Shown: positions 1 to 13,924 of the stretch, piece by piece | Position numbering within the stretch: position 1 is the stretch's first letter | Layout of the letters: every line of letters starts with the position of its first letter | Source: Bugula neritina | Taxonomy: Eukaryota > Animalia > Bryozoa | Reading direction: 5' to 3' | Assembly (NCBI GenBank): GCA_964035545.1 | Contig: OZ037772.1 | Coordinates: 434,001 to 498,000, forward strand | DNA: 64,000 bases | Translations under genes and position numbers: made by a program | The notes under the pieces: generated by a model | Told to the model about the DNA's origin: nothing | What the model saw: the letters and a program-made list of their open reading frames with translations, nothing else | The model's database searches: none

Positions 1-365
1 TAAATGAAGTCCCAAGCTGCTCTGCCGGCTAGCTACTCAGCGCACTGCAACTACGAGTAGCTAGCTCCACCTGCTATCAATTAATGTCATTGTCCTGATT
101 GGTGGCTACTAGTGGTGCCACTACTGCCCATAGCTACACTCCGACAGTGTCGAACTCACAAGATGCATAAAACAATATAGAGTTAAACCTTTTCGATTAA
201 TACCATAATACTTGCACCACTAAAATCTACCACATAGTTACAGTAAAAGTTTGCTAGTCATAATAACTTGCACTGTTAGTTGCTCGACAAGTTATTCTAC
301 ATCTCTTGTAGCCACAACCAAAGTGGTGTCTATATATCCTGCTAGTGACTTGAGTAATGACTCAT

Positions 366-786
366 ATGTAATTGTAATTAATTACATATCTAATGTAATT
401 GATTTTTGCAATTACTTTACAATTACATCTCAATTACTTTAAACTTTTAAATCTTAAAATCTTAAGAAATTTATTCTTTTTTAGCATGACTACTGTTAAA
501 TAACAAGTACAGATTAAGTCAATGTAGTATAGTATCACTTTTGCGAACAAAGCACGTTCACCCCTGTCAAAATTGCCCCTGCTAGGTGGACCCTAGAGGT
601 GAAATTGCATAACTTCTATTTGTCCTTTGTGAGAACAAAAGTAATTGTAATTAATTGCTTTACAATGTAGTTTTGTACTGTAATTAATTACATTTATTTC
701 AACTGTAATTATAATTGTAATTGTAATTGACAAATTCTCATGTAATTGTAATTAGTTACATTCACATGTAATTGACCCCAACCCTG
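366..786 (+). mobile_element. 5'-truncated hAT-like MITE (GTAATT-rich), same family as 50925-51417
   Basis: Ends AATTGACCCCAACCCTG, the right TIR of the full copy at 50925-51417, and is near-identical to about 51005-51417. Left end is missing. Confidence 0.75.
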
Positions 787-1392
787 GTTTATTATGGAGC
801 TCATACTTTTATTGTTCAAGGTCTAGATGTATTCTCCACCATGTTTTTACTAGAAGTAAACTTTAATTTGGTAATGAGTATAAAATAAACTGTTGTTTCG
901 CATTGTACAGTTTACTATTGCCTGAATATTGTATTGAGAATATTGGCTTAACAATTCCAGTGCAGCGATGTGATTGGCCTGACAATATCAAAGTAGTGAT
1001 GTGATTGGCTACTCTGTTCTGTTCTGCAGGGCCATGCCTACTTGTATTATGTGGTAATCTTGTTTTGCAGTGAACAGAAAGGGATAATGAGTCCCAAAAG
1101 ACACCCGGGATCTTACCATGGAGAGGAAGGGTTCACCCGATGTTGATGGCCTGCCTGGTATATCCGGCAATCCTGGAGATGCAGGAGAAAGGAGACCACC
1201 TTGTTTCTCAGGAGATACCGGACTTTTTGGAGAACCAGGTAATGTTTATGCTCAATTGAGTTTAATCTGTCAAGTTATGTTGGGATCTTTTCCGTTGTCG
1301 TTATTTTATGTTTGTTACGTGGAAAAAGGAAAAAACTCTGTCTTGGAGCATTTTGGTTTTTTCAGAGAGCTTTGGATTATTTGATTATGGTC

Positions 1393-1548
1393 TACACAGG
1401 GGTGTAGACAGACTAAACAACACAGGGGTGTAGACAAACTAAACTAGACAGGGGTGTAGACAGACTAAACAACACAGGGGTGTAGACAGACTAAACAACA
1501 CAGGGGTGTAGACAGACGAAACTACACAGGGCTGTAGACAGACTAGAC
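1393..1548. repeat. Intronic minisatellite, about 27-bp unit (CACAGGGGTGTAGACAGACTAAACAA)
   Basis: About 6 visible units; only about 2 units in the paralog at 54625-54675. Confidence 0.9.
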
Positions 1549-1889
1549 TAACTAGTGGTCTAGATGGACTAAACCTACTACGAACTTACAATTACCTTGC
1601 GTCATGACGTCTCTATTCTCTCCTATAATTTGACCTTTATTTAGGGAGCAGATTTCTAGTGGGCTATTCTATAGTGACCAGTCACACTGTTTATTATAGC
1701 AACATAGAAATCAAGTTGAAAACTAGTTGCACCTGTTGTGATGCTATCAATGGGTGCTTACAGGTAGAGACGGAGTACCCGGACCTGTTCAGATCGGTTA
1801 TCAGGGTAAACAAGGAGATCAAGGTCCTGCAGGTAAAAATGAGGAGTTACTCACCCTTGCTTGTGTATTTCTGTTCTTTTTAGGTATTC

Positions 1890-2130
1890 TATAATATGCT
1901 GGGGTTTCCCTCACAGCTATTATATATGCTGGAATTCCCCTCACACCTATGATATATACCGGGGTTTCCCTCACAGCTATGCTATATGCTGGGGTTTTCC
2001 TCACAGCTATTATATATGCTGGAATTCCCCTCACACCTATGCTATATGCTGGGATTTCCTTCACACCTATGCTGTATGCTGGGATTTCCCTCACACTTAT
2101 GCTATATGCTGAGGTTCTCCTCACAGCTAG
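1890..2130. repeat. Intronic minisatellite, 30-bp unit (TATATGCTGGGATTTCCCTCACACCTATGC)
   Basis: About 8 units; explains the overlapping ORFs at 1819-2288. Confidence 0.9.
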
Positions 2131-4789
2131 TCTGCACTAAGGCAGGGAGTAGGCTAAGTAATCATATTGAATCTCAGGAGTGCTTGTTACTTCAACTGAC
2201 AGGATTACTGTGTATGATAGTTACTCTGACTGGTTTTCATGGATTATTTTTACCATACTGTTTACCACATGATGCATTGTCTAAGTAAGAACAAGGAAAC
2301 AAAGAAATATACCAGAAATGTGGTGTTCCAGAATTAATAAATGACCACTTGTAATGCATACTGGTGCTGCTTGGTTTATAGGACCTGTCGAACAAGCTGG
2401 AGAACCTGGTCTGGATGGCAGAAATGGAAAGACAGGAGAAACTGCACGAACTGGTATGCCTGGTCCAACTGGCTCAAGAGGGTCACTGGAGAACCCGGAT
2501 CTGATGGAAGGTATTTTTTGTGCTTTGCTTCGCCCTATTCAGCTTCTTGGAACTTTTTATTTGATTTAGTTTTTATAATTTGTTGTCAATTTTTTCAGAG
2601 ACGGTTTACCTGGAGTACTGGGTGCTGATGGTAGACCTGGGGAGCAGGGTGATCAAGGACCTCCTGGCTCCATGGGTCCAGTGGGAATCCCCGGTAACCA
2701 GGGACCTGAAGGTGCTCAAGGAGACAAGGGTGATAAGGCAGGAACATTCTTTATTCAGTTTTCTATTTATTTCAGTTCTCTGGTTTTCCACTAGTCAATC
2801 CTGTAGTTGTTTATTTGTTTTAGTTTATTTATGTTAATACTAGAGTTGCTTCAGTGACATCACATCATGTAATATATTACACAACAATGCAGTATAATAC
2901 ACCATAATATAATATGTTATACAATATAATATTATTACAGAAAATATTATTCAATAATATCTCACAGTTAAGTTGTGTCTCCTAAATATATTCATTACTA
3001 TAGGGACCAGCTGGGCCACAGGGTGCTTCTGGACCAACTGGATTGTCTGGGCCAATTCCCGGCGAACAAGGACCTAAAGGTATGAATTAAGTTGAACCAA
3101 TCTTTGTCCTTAGTTATTGGCCATCAACAGAATCTTGACTCTAAGAGTTATCTTACCTGGTAAGAAGGTAAGGCAATTCCTAACTCATGATAATATGAAT
3201 ATCATCTGCTGTTGTAAGACCCACTGGTTTCCAGGGACCGCAGGGATTCCTCGGAGCTCCTGGTGTTGATGGTTAAAGAGGAGGTGTTGGATCAGTTGGC
3301 ATTGCTGGACCACCCGGGCTACGGGTGCTAATGGCAAACAAGGAATAACTGGTTCTCCTGGTGCTATGGGTGCTATGGGGCCACCTGGACCTGATGGTGC
3401 TAAGGTAAACACTTACACTGTTAGCAGGTTATTGTTATTCATCTTGTTAGTTTAGTTGTAATAAACCAATAGTCTGTATTTCTAGGGTGAACAAAGGAGA
3501 GATGGGGAAATGGGTAGTCCTGGCAGTCCTGGACCTCCTGGTGAAGTTCCAGTATTTGGTTAGTTATTAGCAAAACCAAGTTATTGTTCATCACTTGTAT
3601 CTTTTTCATTCTCTTTCAACTGTGTTTTGGTAATATTTTGGGAATTTCATCCGTAGCCTGTGATTGAAGCTTTATTTTATTCTACCATGGGTTATGTTAG
3701 GTGCTCCCTCTATGATGATGAGTGCAATGATGTCCAACGGTAAAGGTGTACAAGCAGATGATGCAGGCGCCAACAATGAGCTCTATAATATGTACCTCAG
3801 TGAGTAATGGTCATGATGTGCTTTGATGTTGCCTGCTTTGTAGTGGAAAGGTCTTTTTGAATGCTGTTTTGGAACTCAAATGAAAGACTTGTTTCAAATT
3901 GTTTATGTTTTTGCAGACAAACAATTTCATAATTTACTGCTAGAAACTATTGTAATAGAAATAAAGACAGCTGTTATAATGTGTTTCTCCTCCTAGCATT
4001 GATGATTGACATTCTTGTTTGATGAGTCACCTATTTAGTTTGTTTCTCCAGTTAAATGTTGCTACATTCTGACATATTATATAATGTTGGTTTTATTGCT
4101 GTTAGCTTACATCACTACTTCCACCTTATTTCTCTAGAAACAAAAGTAAGGGGCGGGTCCAAAGACAGCCCTGTTAGAGACTGTAGAGAACTCTTCACTG
4201 AAAACCCAAAGTTCAAGAGTGGAACTTATTGGGTGAGAGAAGATGCTGATATGTTTCTTTTTTTCTCCGCTCAGAAGAAATCCATATCCAAGTCTTACGA
4301 CTGAAATTCTGTGAACATGTTTTATATTCTGCAATTACTACTCCTGAGGTGTCAATATAATGTCATGTGAAGTTTCTACGGATATTTAATGAATTGTTGT
4401 TTAGGAAGAAGAGTTTTCCCATGAGTTGCCTGTATTATATAATTCTGTATATTCAACAGCTGAACAGGTTTTAGTAGTTTCATTTGATATTAGCATTATG
4501 TTAGTGTGAAATAGAGAAGTTGTATTCTCTATTGTTTGTTGTCAGGTGGATCCAGATGGTGGCTCCATAGCTAATGCTATCCAGGCTTACTGTCGCAAGG
4601 AAATGAAGAGCACTTGTATCAATGCCAAGAACTCTGAGTTTGCCACCAAATCGTACGTCACCCAGCAGCTAGATAATCAGCCATTCGTTGCTAAACACAT
4701 GGGAACAACAATTGTGAGTGTTTATCTTGCATCAACGATGACTTTCTCAGTAATACTTGAGAATATTCAAAAGTTTTATGTTGAGAATT

Positions 4790-4960
4790 GTCGCTATAGT
4801 AACATATTTGTTTACTGTATGGATGTTGATAAGAGCTGCTATAGTAACATGTTGGTTTCCTGTATGGATGTTGATAAGTGTTGCTATAGTAACATGTTGG
4901 TTTCCTGTATGGATGTTGATAGGTGTAGCTATAGTAACATGTTGGTTTCCTGTATGGATT
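4790..4960. repeat. Intronic 39-bp tandem repeat ending at a splice acceptor
   Basis: GCTATAGTAACATGTTGGTTTCCTGTATGGATGTTGATA, about 4 copies. Confidence 0.85.
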
Positions 4961-6187
4961 GTAGTTTGAGTATCAGGCAGAGTCTTCTCAACTCAACTTC
5001 CTTCGAATTCACTCTGAGAGAGCAAAGCAAACCCTGACTTACAGGTAATAGTCACTGCTAGCAGCTTACCAAATAGTCACTAGTCAGTATTCACTAGTCA
5101 CCAGTTGCTAGGCACCAGTTGCTAGTCGCCAATCACCAGATACTAGTCCTCTACTATGTTGCAAGTCACTTGATAATCTGAACAATCACAGGCCTTTTTA
5201 AGCTGAGCGAGTTGTTGGCATGACTATTCCTTTTGCTGATTGTAGGTGTATAAACTCAGTGGCAGTAGAAGACGCATTCGGTAGGAAGAATAAGTCAGTC
5301 ATTTTATATACAGCTGGTGATAAAGAATACACAGCGACAGATAGCAGGTTTCAATATTCAGTGCTGCAGGATGATTGCAAGGTATGTAAATCTGACCTGT
5401 ATAGTGTAATTTTGACCTATATAGTGTAAACCTGATCTATATTGTGTAAATCTGACTTATATAGTGCAAATATGACCTGCATATGCACATGATTGCGATA
5501 GTTGCATCTTTTGTTTTATTAATTTACTGCGGAGCTTGCCTTTGAGGCTTGTAATAAATGTTTACGAGTTCAACCCAAAAGCCACTTTGAGTGATGAACA
5601 AGTTTAGAGTTTTGAGTTTGCCCTCTGCCATTTTGTAGTATTCCAAATACTATCAGAAGCTCAGACAGTGATTGAGATTGACACCAAGACCACCCACCCA
5701 CTTGCCTATTATTGACATTGCTCCTGGTGACATCGGGACCACCCACAAAGAGTTTGGGGTTCAGCTTGGAGAAGTCTGCTTTTCATAGACTCATATCTAA
5801 CAACAGTGTTATTTGGCTGATTTTTTAAAACTGTCCCTGATTAGAGAATTAGTGGCCAATCAGAGAATTCAATCAATGTTGGTTGGCTGAGACCAGCAGT
5901 CTGATTCTTATATAACCTAATCTTTAAATGAAATATTTGATTACTCTAAATAAATTTATTCGAGACTTCCAAGGCAGTGATGGTGATTTTTGTACATATA
6001 AATTTGAAGGAGTTTAGCTATAGGGTTTATGCTGTTTTTTTAATTATTCCACCATAACCTTAGATTGTGAGTAGTAGTTCTAGAATGAGGTAGGGAGGGT
6101 GTTATGCCTCTCCCTATGACTTTATATATTTAGAAACTGTTGTTAATTTAGTAATTCTGTTGGTGCTACATTTTTAAATTCATTTAA

Positions 6188-9100
6188 ACATCGTAGGCAT
6201 CCAGGTTATTTTGATAAAATCAATTACTGTTAAATAAAAGTTCATACTTTTTTAGTTGCATTCACAAAATATATAAAAAAAATCTCAACTCAATATACCA
6301 GAAAAAATGAATTAAAATATATGTGTTAATAGCACTGATATTGACGTGACCATGGCACATGAAAAATCTGAAAGAAGAGTTGTCTTCTATTTTTCTATAT
6401 TGACATATAGAGCTTGCCGTGAAAATACAGATTTTTTAAAAAAAATATTGTGACCCTCTGGTAACTTTTTGAATTTAGAAAATTGGCTTATATATTTCTT
6501 TTCATGTGGACAACAGATCACTTTTTTTAAATTTATTTTGAAGCTCTTTTCGTAAAAAATAATCAAAAGTAAAAAATCCAAAATTTTTACAAATTGGTTC
6601 GGGGCTTGACGTGAAAGGCGTTTGGACGAAGATGTCAAGGTCACCAGTAATAAATTTATTCTATCACAATACTGCACGGAAAGTTAATGAAGTGAGCTGA
6701 AAATTAGGTTGCTAGCATATTGATATACATTATTATTATATTGATTGTTACAATATTATTTTTTAAATTTGTTTTGTTATCAGTTATGTTCAACTTCTTC
6801 ATAAAGCTGCTGTTAGACTAAGAGTAAGACATAATATTACTATTAGCAACAATGATAATATTAAATTGAAATTATTAAATTGAAATTCACGGTGAAGTGT
6901 CACTATGACTATGATACTCTATGACTATGAGTATGAGTATCGTATAAATTAATTATGAGTATGAGTATCACTATGACATTAACTCAATCAGTGATAGACT
7001 ATGTCTATTACTATGAATATGGCTATGCATAACTCAATGAGAATATCAATATGAATATCAATATGGCTTCTAATTCTTGTAACTTTTGACTATGACGATG
7101 CTGATACTGATAGTGATAATCACTGCCAGCCCAAGTCTCATACTCATAGTTATACTATTACTATTGTCTATTAGTATCAATAATTAATTAATAATGAATA
7201 ATTAAATAATATTAATATAATAGTATTACTATCAGTACAACTACTAGTATTACTCATAGTTCTGATAATGATGCAGATGATAGTTTTAGAAGTTCTACTT
7301 CTACTTTTATAGTAAGCTAGATTGTATATGTTGAACTCTACTCATTTTTTACTACTAATGCTAATACTAATAGTAATACTAATAATAATTATAGTTGTTA
7401 TAATGATAGTAATACTAATAGTAATAGTAATAATAACTATTTCAATTTGATAATTTATGTTTTACAACAGCATTATCACTTATCAATTACATTGGTTCAT
7501 AATATGCTTATTTTAATTTTGCTTTGTGTGTTTTGTCATGTTGTAAATTAAAGTTTGTATGGTTATTTAATGAACTAGAGAACTAGCCAAATGTTATGCA
7601 ATGAATTACTATAAACTCAGTGAAATTTAAAATCCAATAGATATTACTATGACATTGATTGTACAGAGGTAGCTAAAATATACATTAAATTACCAATAAT
7701 TTTAACTCGCCAATACACTATGAGTAGAACAATCAAATGCAATGATAGAAAGTTAATTAGTCATAGCAGCCCGTTGCTTAAGGAACATTAAGCTACAGAT
7801 CTAAAATGATGTAGTTTTGTGATCCCTTACATAACAAAAAATTTTTCAAACTGGTTTAATACTTTTATTATGAACATGCTTATTAAAGTAACATGTTTGT
7901 GATGTATATTCTATTAAAAAGCAATCACATCAGGTTTTCAATTTGTATGTTGTACAATGTTTATTATGGTGACAAGTTACTAAATCATATGGTTCAGCTT
8001 TGTAAAGTAAAGCTGATAAAATAAATACAATTATGTGATTGTTTTACCGCTATATATTAAATTTAAATGAGTTGAATAATATCCTAGTGAAGTGAATTAG
8101 ATTTTTCTTTAGCTTTGGTACACCTGTTTGTTATAGACTAACATTCCACCAATAGAAGAATGGTGCAAGTAGAAGAAATTTCAGGCGCAGAAAGCTAAGG
8201 AGCAGTCAGAATGCTGCCATAGTTGTGAAAAGGCTGAATTTCAATAATGGTGTATTTGAACTGACATGGCCAGCAGAGTTCTCCAAGTCACATACAACAG
8301 CTATTTACATCATCATGGTTAGCTCAAATTTAATTCCCATATCAGTCTCTAATATATAGTTTAACATCTGCTGTAAATTCACTTAAGGAGCATACACATA
8401 ACCAAAACTGAGTTACACTATAGTATTTGTTCTTGAACATATTTACCAAGATAAGTAGATTTGCTAATTCATTAACAGCAAAATTATAATGATACAACAA
8501 TTTTTCTTTTAGATAATTCAATCAATAACACAAGACACTACAACATGGTTTTGCAGTTATAGAGTATTAATTTTCTGGCTCTTTTCAAATCTTCATAGAA
8601 GGCAAAGAAAACCACTTTCAGCTTGCCTTTATAACTGAGTGCAAGCGTCTTCCACCTACAGATGATGATAAACAATTTGCTGATGTGGAAGTTTCTAATT
8701 TTGTTTACAATGAAGATAGATTATAGGACATTAGTCTTTTGTAAAGATTGTCAAGTTTTGTTATAATTAAGAACAGTTTTAGTTTCAATAAATCAGTTCA
8801 ACATTATGGACATCATTGCACAAACATTGTAATCTTAACTATCTACAAAGGTATCTGATGGACTACTTGAAAATACAAAACTATGCTCCAGATACACAAT
8901 GGACTGACCAGCAAAGTTAAAATGAGTTGGAGATGTAGAACATAATATCTTGTTCAAGGCTTTTCCCTGCTGTTGGAACCTTCTATTCCAGAACACTGAA
9001 TTGAACAAACATATGTAGATATATAAAACTTTGCAAACAATAATAATGTGAAATTAGTTGCTAAGTATCACATTGCTAATAAGTACAGCATTGTGTAATG

Positions 9101-11488
9101 TTTTTTTTAATTATTTTTTGAGCCTTTTTATCTATAGGCCCGCATAGTATTTACTATATTATAACTAATAAATTGCAGACACATCATGTCAGACCAGTCT
9201 CCATTTAAATAGAATAGTGTAGGCTATCAAATTTGTAGAAGTAAAAAACTGCATTCTTATTGAGTAAAATACTTGCCATTTTCCATGATGCCTCTACTGC
9301 TAAAAAGAGAAGTTTCTATCAATACAGCTCCATCAACCTGTGTCCTGATGGAGCTAGTAGTTTAGGAACATTTGTGGCGGGAGTGTAGGCTGAGCTGCAG
9401 TAAAGGAAGAACCCCAACATATGTAATCTATTCAGCACATTATATGTATTGTAGAAATTTATTTAAAAAAGAATTTAGAAAATGCTTCATGAAGCATGAA
9501 CAAAGTAAAAATTAATGCTGGTGAAAGTAATATTATTTCACCCATTAGAATTACTAGCAGCTATAGCAATTATGTATTTTTATAAAAATGTGTCTAATTT
9601 ATGCTATAGAGTTATTACTGCCAAAGGTTACAAAATTTACCAGTCACATTCATGCAGCTGATGGAGAATAACTAACCTTCACATGCAATAAATACAATTA
9701 GTAGCTCAATCTAAAACTAATGCGCTACTAAATATTAGGAGTATAAGTTATAGTTATTCTAAGGAATAATTGCAAAAAAGTTACTTAGAGGAATTTAACT
9801 CTTATTATAATGTAATTATCTTCCAAGATATATTACAACATCACTACTTGGATGCATGCAATGTCATAGTTATATTAGCATCAATATAATTTTCAATAAT
9901 TTCCAATCTATTAACTTGAGCATTATGATAGTGATTATTTTACAAATAAGGCGATGATTAGGCACTGTTAGTATTTTGGTTCAATTTATTAATAGCTGTA
10001 ACAGGCAGAGTTGTAAATATAATGGATTTATCAAAATTCCAATGGGTATAGTACTCTAACACAACATTGATACTAATGATTGTAGTCACTTACTCTTAGA
10101 GTTAGTGAATAATGATACAGTCATAACAATCTGAATATCAATCAGCATTAGAGATAGACTGACTGCTTTATATTATAGTAATTATGTCATATTGAATTTA
10201 TTCACTATAACTATAAAAATTATGATTATAATTATAAATTAAAATAATTTAAATATTATATAATATATTGGTAATTATTGGAATCATATTTATTGTTATG
10301 ACCATTATGATTATAATTATTTAATATTATCTTTATGTTTGTATTTAAAGTTGTTCATTAAATTTAAAGTTGTTTGGGTTTTATAAATTTATTATAATTA
10401 TATTACTGTAAAAGTATTGCTATTACTATTAGTATTAGTATAATTAAATTATTATAATTTATTATTTATATTTATTTTATTTTTTATTTTAAGACCAGCA
10501 GTTCAAATTAATACTTGTTTCGTTTGCTTTATACTATAACTTACAAGTATAACTATCAACATAATAATATTACATTTGCTATTAATATTACTATGAATAT
10601 AAATATTTATATTAATATTGCTATCGATATAACTTATACTTATAGTTATAACTAATATTATAACATAAGTATTACTATTACTATTACTATTAGTATTAGT
10701 TTCGAAACTGATCCTGCTCCGTAACATACTGATATTGTCAAATGTCATATGATTATCATTATGATTATTAATAGTATTAATAAATATAACCATTGAATAT
10801 TATTAATAATACTAATAGTTCACCAATAGGCGATAGTCAGACTGAGTGAGAGTCATAGACATAGTGATATTCATAGTCATACTCATACTGATACTGTGAT
10901 TCACTGATTCAGTTACAAATTTTAAAACTTGATTTTACGTAGACAACTACTAACCTATAATTCATCACAAAACGGTTGAAAATCATCATTTACTGCATAT
11001 TTAAAAGTAATTTTCTGGTAGTGTGGTCGACGTGATAATTGAAATTAAAATAGGGAAGATAATTATTTTGTGATTTACGGCAAGTTACAAACCAGCGAAA
11101 TGGAATAGTCCATTTGAAAACAGTCAAATTAGTTACCTTTCTTGATGTTGCGTAGCTAACGTTAGTTATTAGTAGCCACCCGAAGAGTAACATTCATGTG
11201 ATTTGAGCTACGAATGACGAGAATCTGAGACAAACCCGCCTTTAATAACTTTACGCGATATAAACTCACGCTACAATAGGGCTATTTTGCCATCCCCACG
11301 TCAGAATAGGACACGGAGGGCACGCTCGCGGGCAAGTCTGGGCAAGTCTAAGACACCTAATGTGACCACTTTTACTTGCATTTTTGTAGTGTTTTCGTAT
11401 AAGAAATTGGATGAAATGCTGATAAAACAGTTGAAAAGCATGCAAACTTTTGCTCAAATGTAATAAATAATCTGGATGCTTACGGCCT
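6188..11488. mobile_element. Decayed Kolobok-like DNA transposon, about 5.3 kb
   Basis: TTAA at 6184-6187 and 11489-11492. Imperfect TIRs ACATCGTAGGCATCCAGGTTATTT and (rc) AGGCCGTAAGCATCCAGATTATTT. The paralogous site at about 56489 has one TTAA and no insert. Internal KolX-like remnant. Confidence 0.8.
8136..8700 (+). pseudogene. KolX-like (P2X7 C-terminal-like) gene remnant of the Kolobok element
   Basis: Two exon-like pieces translating to ..SECCHSC..VLQVTYNSYLHHHG and WFCSYRVLIFWLFSNLHRRQRKPLSACLYN*VQ. These resemble the AYRxxxxW..L..R.PLPSC motif of KolX. Stops and frameshifts present. Confidence 0.6.
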
Positions 11489-13830
11489 TTAATCCAACCA
11501 TTTCTCTATTACAAAATATATTTTACCATAAGGTGCTACACAATTTATTTCTCAGCTTGTAGATTTCATCATCAAAATTATTGAAGTAATAAAATTGGTC
11601 CAGAATTTGAAAGAAGCTGCAGTTTTCAGATCTGATTATTTAACCTATTTATCCTGAAATTAGACATTGTTAGTTTAAAATGGAGTGTAACATATATTTT
11701 AGTCACTTAGTTCCAACTGTGTTGACCATATCAACATTTTAAATTTTCTTTTGGCTGCTATGAAGTACATAAGTAAATGGCATCAAATTTCACATGTCAC
11801 ATAATCTTGTAAAAGTTAATTGTAAATAAAAATAAATTTCATGTGTTTTTGAGAAGCTATAGGTTTGTATGTTTGAACAAATGAAACATAATGTTCCTTA
11901 ATGTCAAGATTCTGCTTATACCACAATACCATAAACATTGTGACTCTGTCAGTAGCCAAAAGAAGTGATGAAAAAAGTTGTTTACTAACACAACTACTAA
12001 GTTTTGTCAATATCAGACACGATTTAGAGATGCTGTCCTGCTGCTGCTGGGACGGCAGGAAAGTCTACGAGAATCTGGAATGAGACTTTGGCAGAGTCAG
12101 ACCTGAGCTCGCATTTGAAAGACTTGTTACTGAAAGCAGAAACAATAAATATCAAAATTGTCTAATTTTCAGGTTTCTGGGAAATTTCTTTAGATGTATT
12201 TCTGAAACTAACAATGTTTTACTAACCTTCATGTCAGGAGTTCTCTTCATCATTGTTGTACAGACTTTGAATACCGTCTTGTATCAACTGGAAACACACA
12301 TTACAATCATTAACTCAAGCACAATCAACATAGAAGTTTAGCAATTACCAGTGAGCGTTGAAAGAATTTCAACAGATTGAAAACTTTTCCAAATAAATTA
12401 TAAGTCTACAAACTGTTTTTGATCTAGCAATGAGCCATTTTAATTCGATACATAGTGGTGATCGCTTAGCTGTGATCTTGGTTGGGGGGTGGGGTCTATT
12501 GCTGCCATTGTTTCTGCCCATCTCAGTGTCTCTGCTACACACTCCTATGTAACAGATGTATGAGTTATATCCATTATACTGTATGCCTTCAGCACATATA
12601 TGTCATACATCCATATTGCACCTTATCACATTGGTAACTGAGATAAAATGTATCACCTTATATGCGTCAAATTGCGTGACTATCAGCTTCTTCTGAATAG
12701 TCAAACTTTGCACTTTGGCTTCAACCTTCGTCATTCGAGAATATAACTGAGAAACAACATCCTGCCAATAGGAAGACAGATAACAGCGTGAATTTTTCAA
12801 ATTTTGGTTTTCCTGATGTCAAACACAGAAAAGTTTAACTCGTGAAAACACAGCACTAATTAAACAGGGAGAAATATTATATTAATTCAAGGGAACCTTT
12901 AGGTTACAACTCGTTAGCAAAGTGGGTATCTCGAGGATTTTGTATTGGTGAACTTCAGCCTATAAATGGCTCGTTTTACTCTTTTGCTCACAAAGTTTAT
13001 CAACAAGATAGAAAAGCTTAACATATTCACTAGAATAAGATTGTATCTGCTAAAGACTATGTCCAGCTATTATAGATTATAGATTGTATCTACAATCACA
13101 TGGCACACTCACAGCGCACTTGTTAGCTTATTACTAAGCAGTGAACTTCAAACTATTAGGCAGAGTGTTAACAAAGAAAGCCACTTCTAACAACTGCATG
13201 TCTGTTGAGAATAGCTCACTGCGGCCAGCTAAAGACTATGTCCAGCTATTATACACACTTTAGTCACAAATAATTAATTATATTTCAACTGCAACATGCA
13301 AGGATTTGGTAACATACATTAGCCCTGGCGATATGTTTTCTCATCTTGATAATATCCCATTGTTGAAAGGCTATCATACGCTCCTTCTTAGCGACAAGTG
13401 CATTAGCAGCTTCCAGTTCAATTTTCAGTTTGTCATTGATGCTCTTGGAGTCACTGATTTGCTGCATAGAAACCTGCTGCTTGGCCAATTCTTTTTGAAC
13501 TGTGAACTGCCTCACAGCTGAGGCTTTTCAACTTGTCCTGCAACTGGCCAACTTCTTCTCGTAGAGTTCCGGAAGTCTGTTTTTCAACAAAAAGCTGTGT
13601 TCACAGGTCACATGACTCTATCTACAGAAATGCACTCACAATACACAACGTTATATATGTTATATATGTACTAATTGCCTCTTTATATTTGAAACATGGT
13701 TCCTTTACTGCATAACCAATTGTGAAACAACACTGATGTTTCAAACTCAGCGCGCTTAGCACATTTAAAAATCATATAAAAAAACGGGACATTTTCAAAT
13801 TGATGTATGTTGACTGGCTGAACAGTTTAG

Positions 13831-13832
<2 letters not shown>

Positions 13833-13920
<88 letters not shown>
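13833..13920. repeat. (TA)n microsatellite
   Basis: Seen directly. Confidence 0.98.

Positions 13921-13924
<4 letters not shown>

Larger units (their letters stand above)
1071..5788 (+). pseudogene. Fibrillar collagen 3' half (Gly-X-Y exons plus COLFI C-propeptide), degenerate copy 1
   Basis: Gly-X-Y exons at about 1071-1238, 1764-1834, 2381-2509, 2598-2738, 3004-3078, 3219-3403 and 3486-3557. Telopeptide exon at about 3701-3798 (KGVQADDA). COLFI exons at about 4137-4232 (SPVRDCREL..SGTYW), 4546-4713 (VDPDGG..AIQAYC..TCI), 4964-5044 (QLNFLR..AKQTLTY), 5246-5381 and 5639-5788 ([23 protein letters not shown]). Many Gly substitutions and indels, and frameshifts in the last exon. Confidence 0.85.

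Noticed and set aside
6188-11488. piggyBac element
   Set aside because: TTAA TSD fits, but the termini are AGG-type rather than CCC/CCY, and a KolX-like remnant is present.
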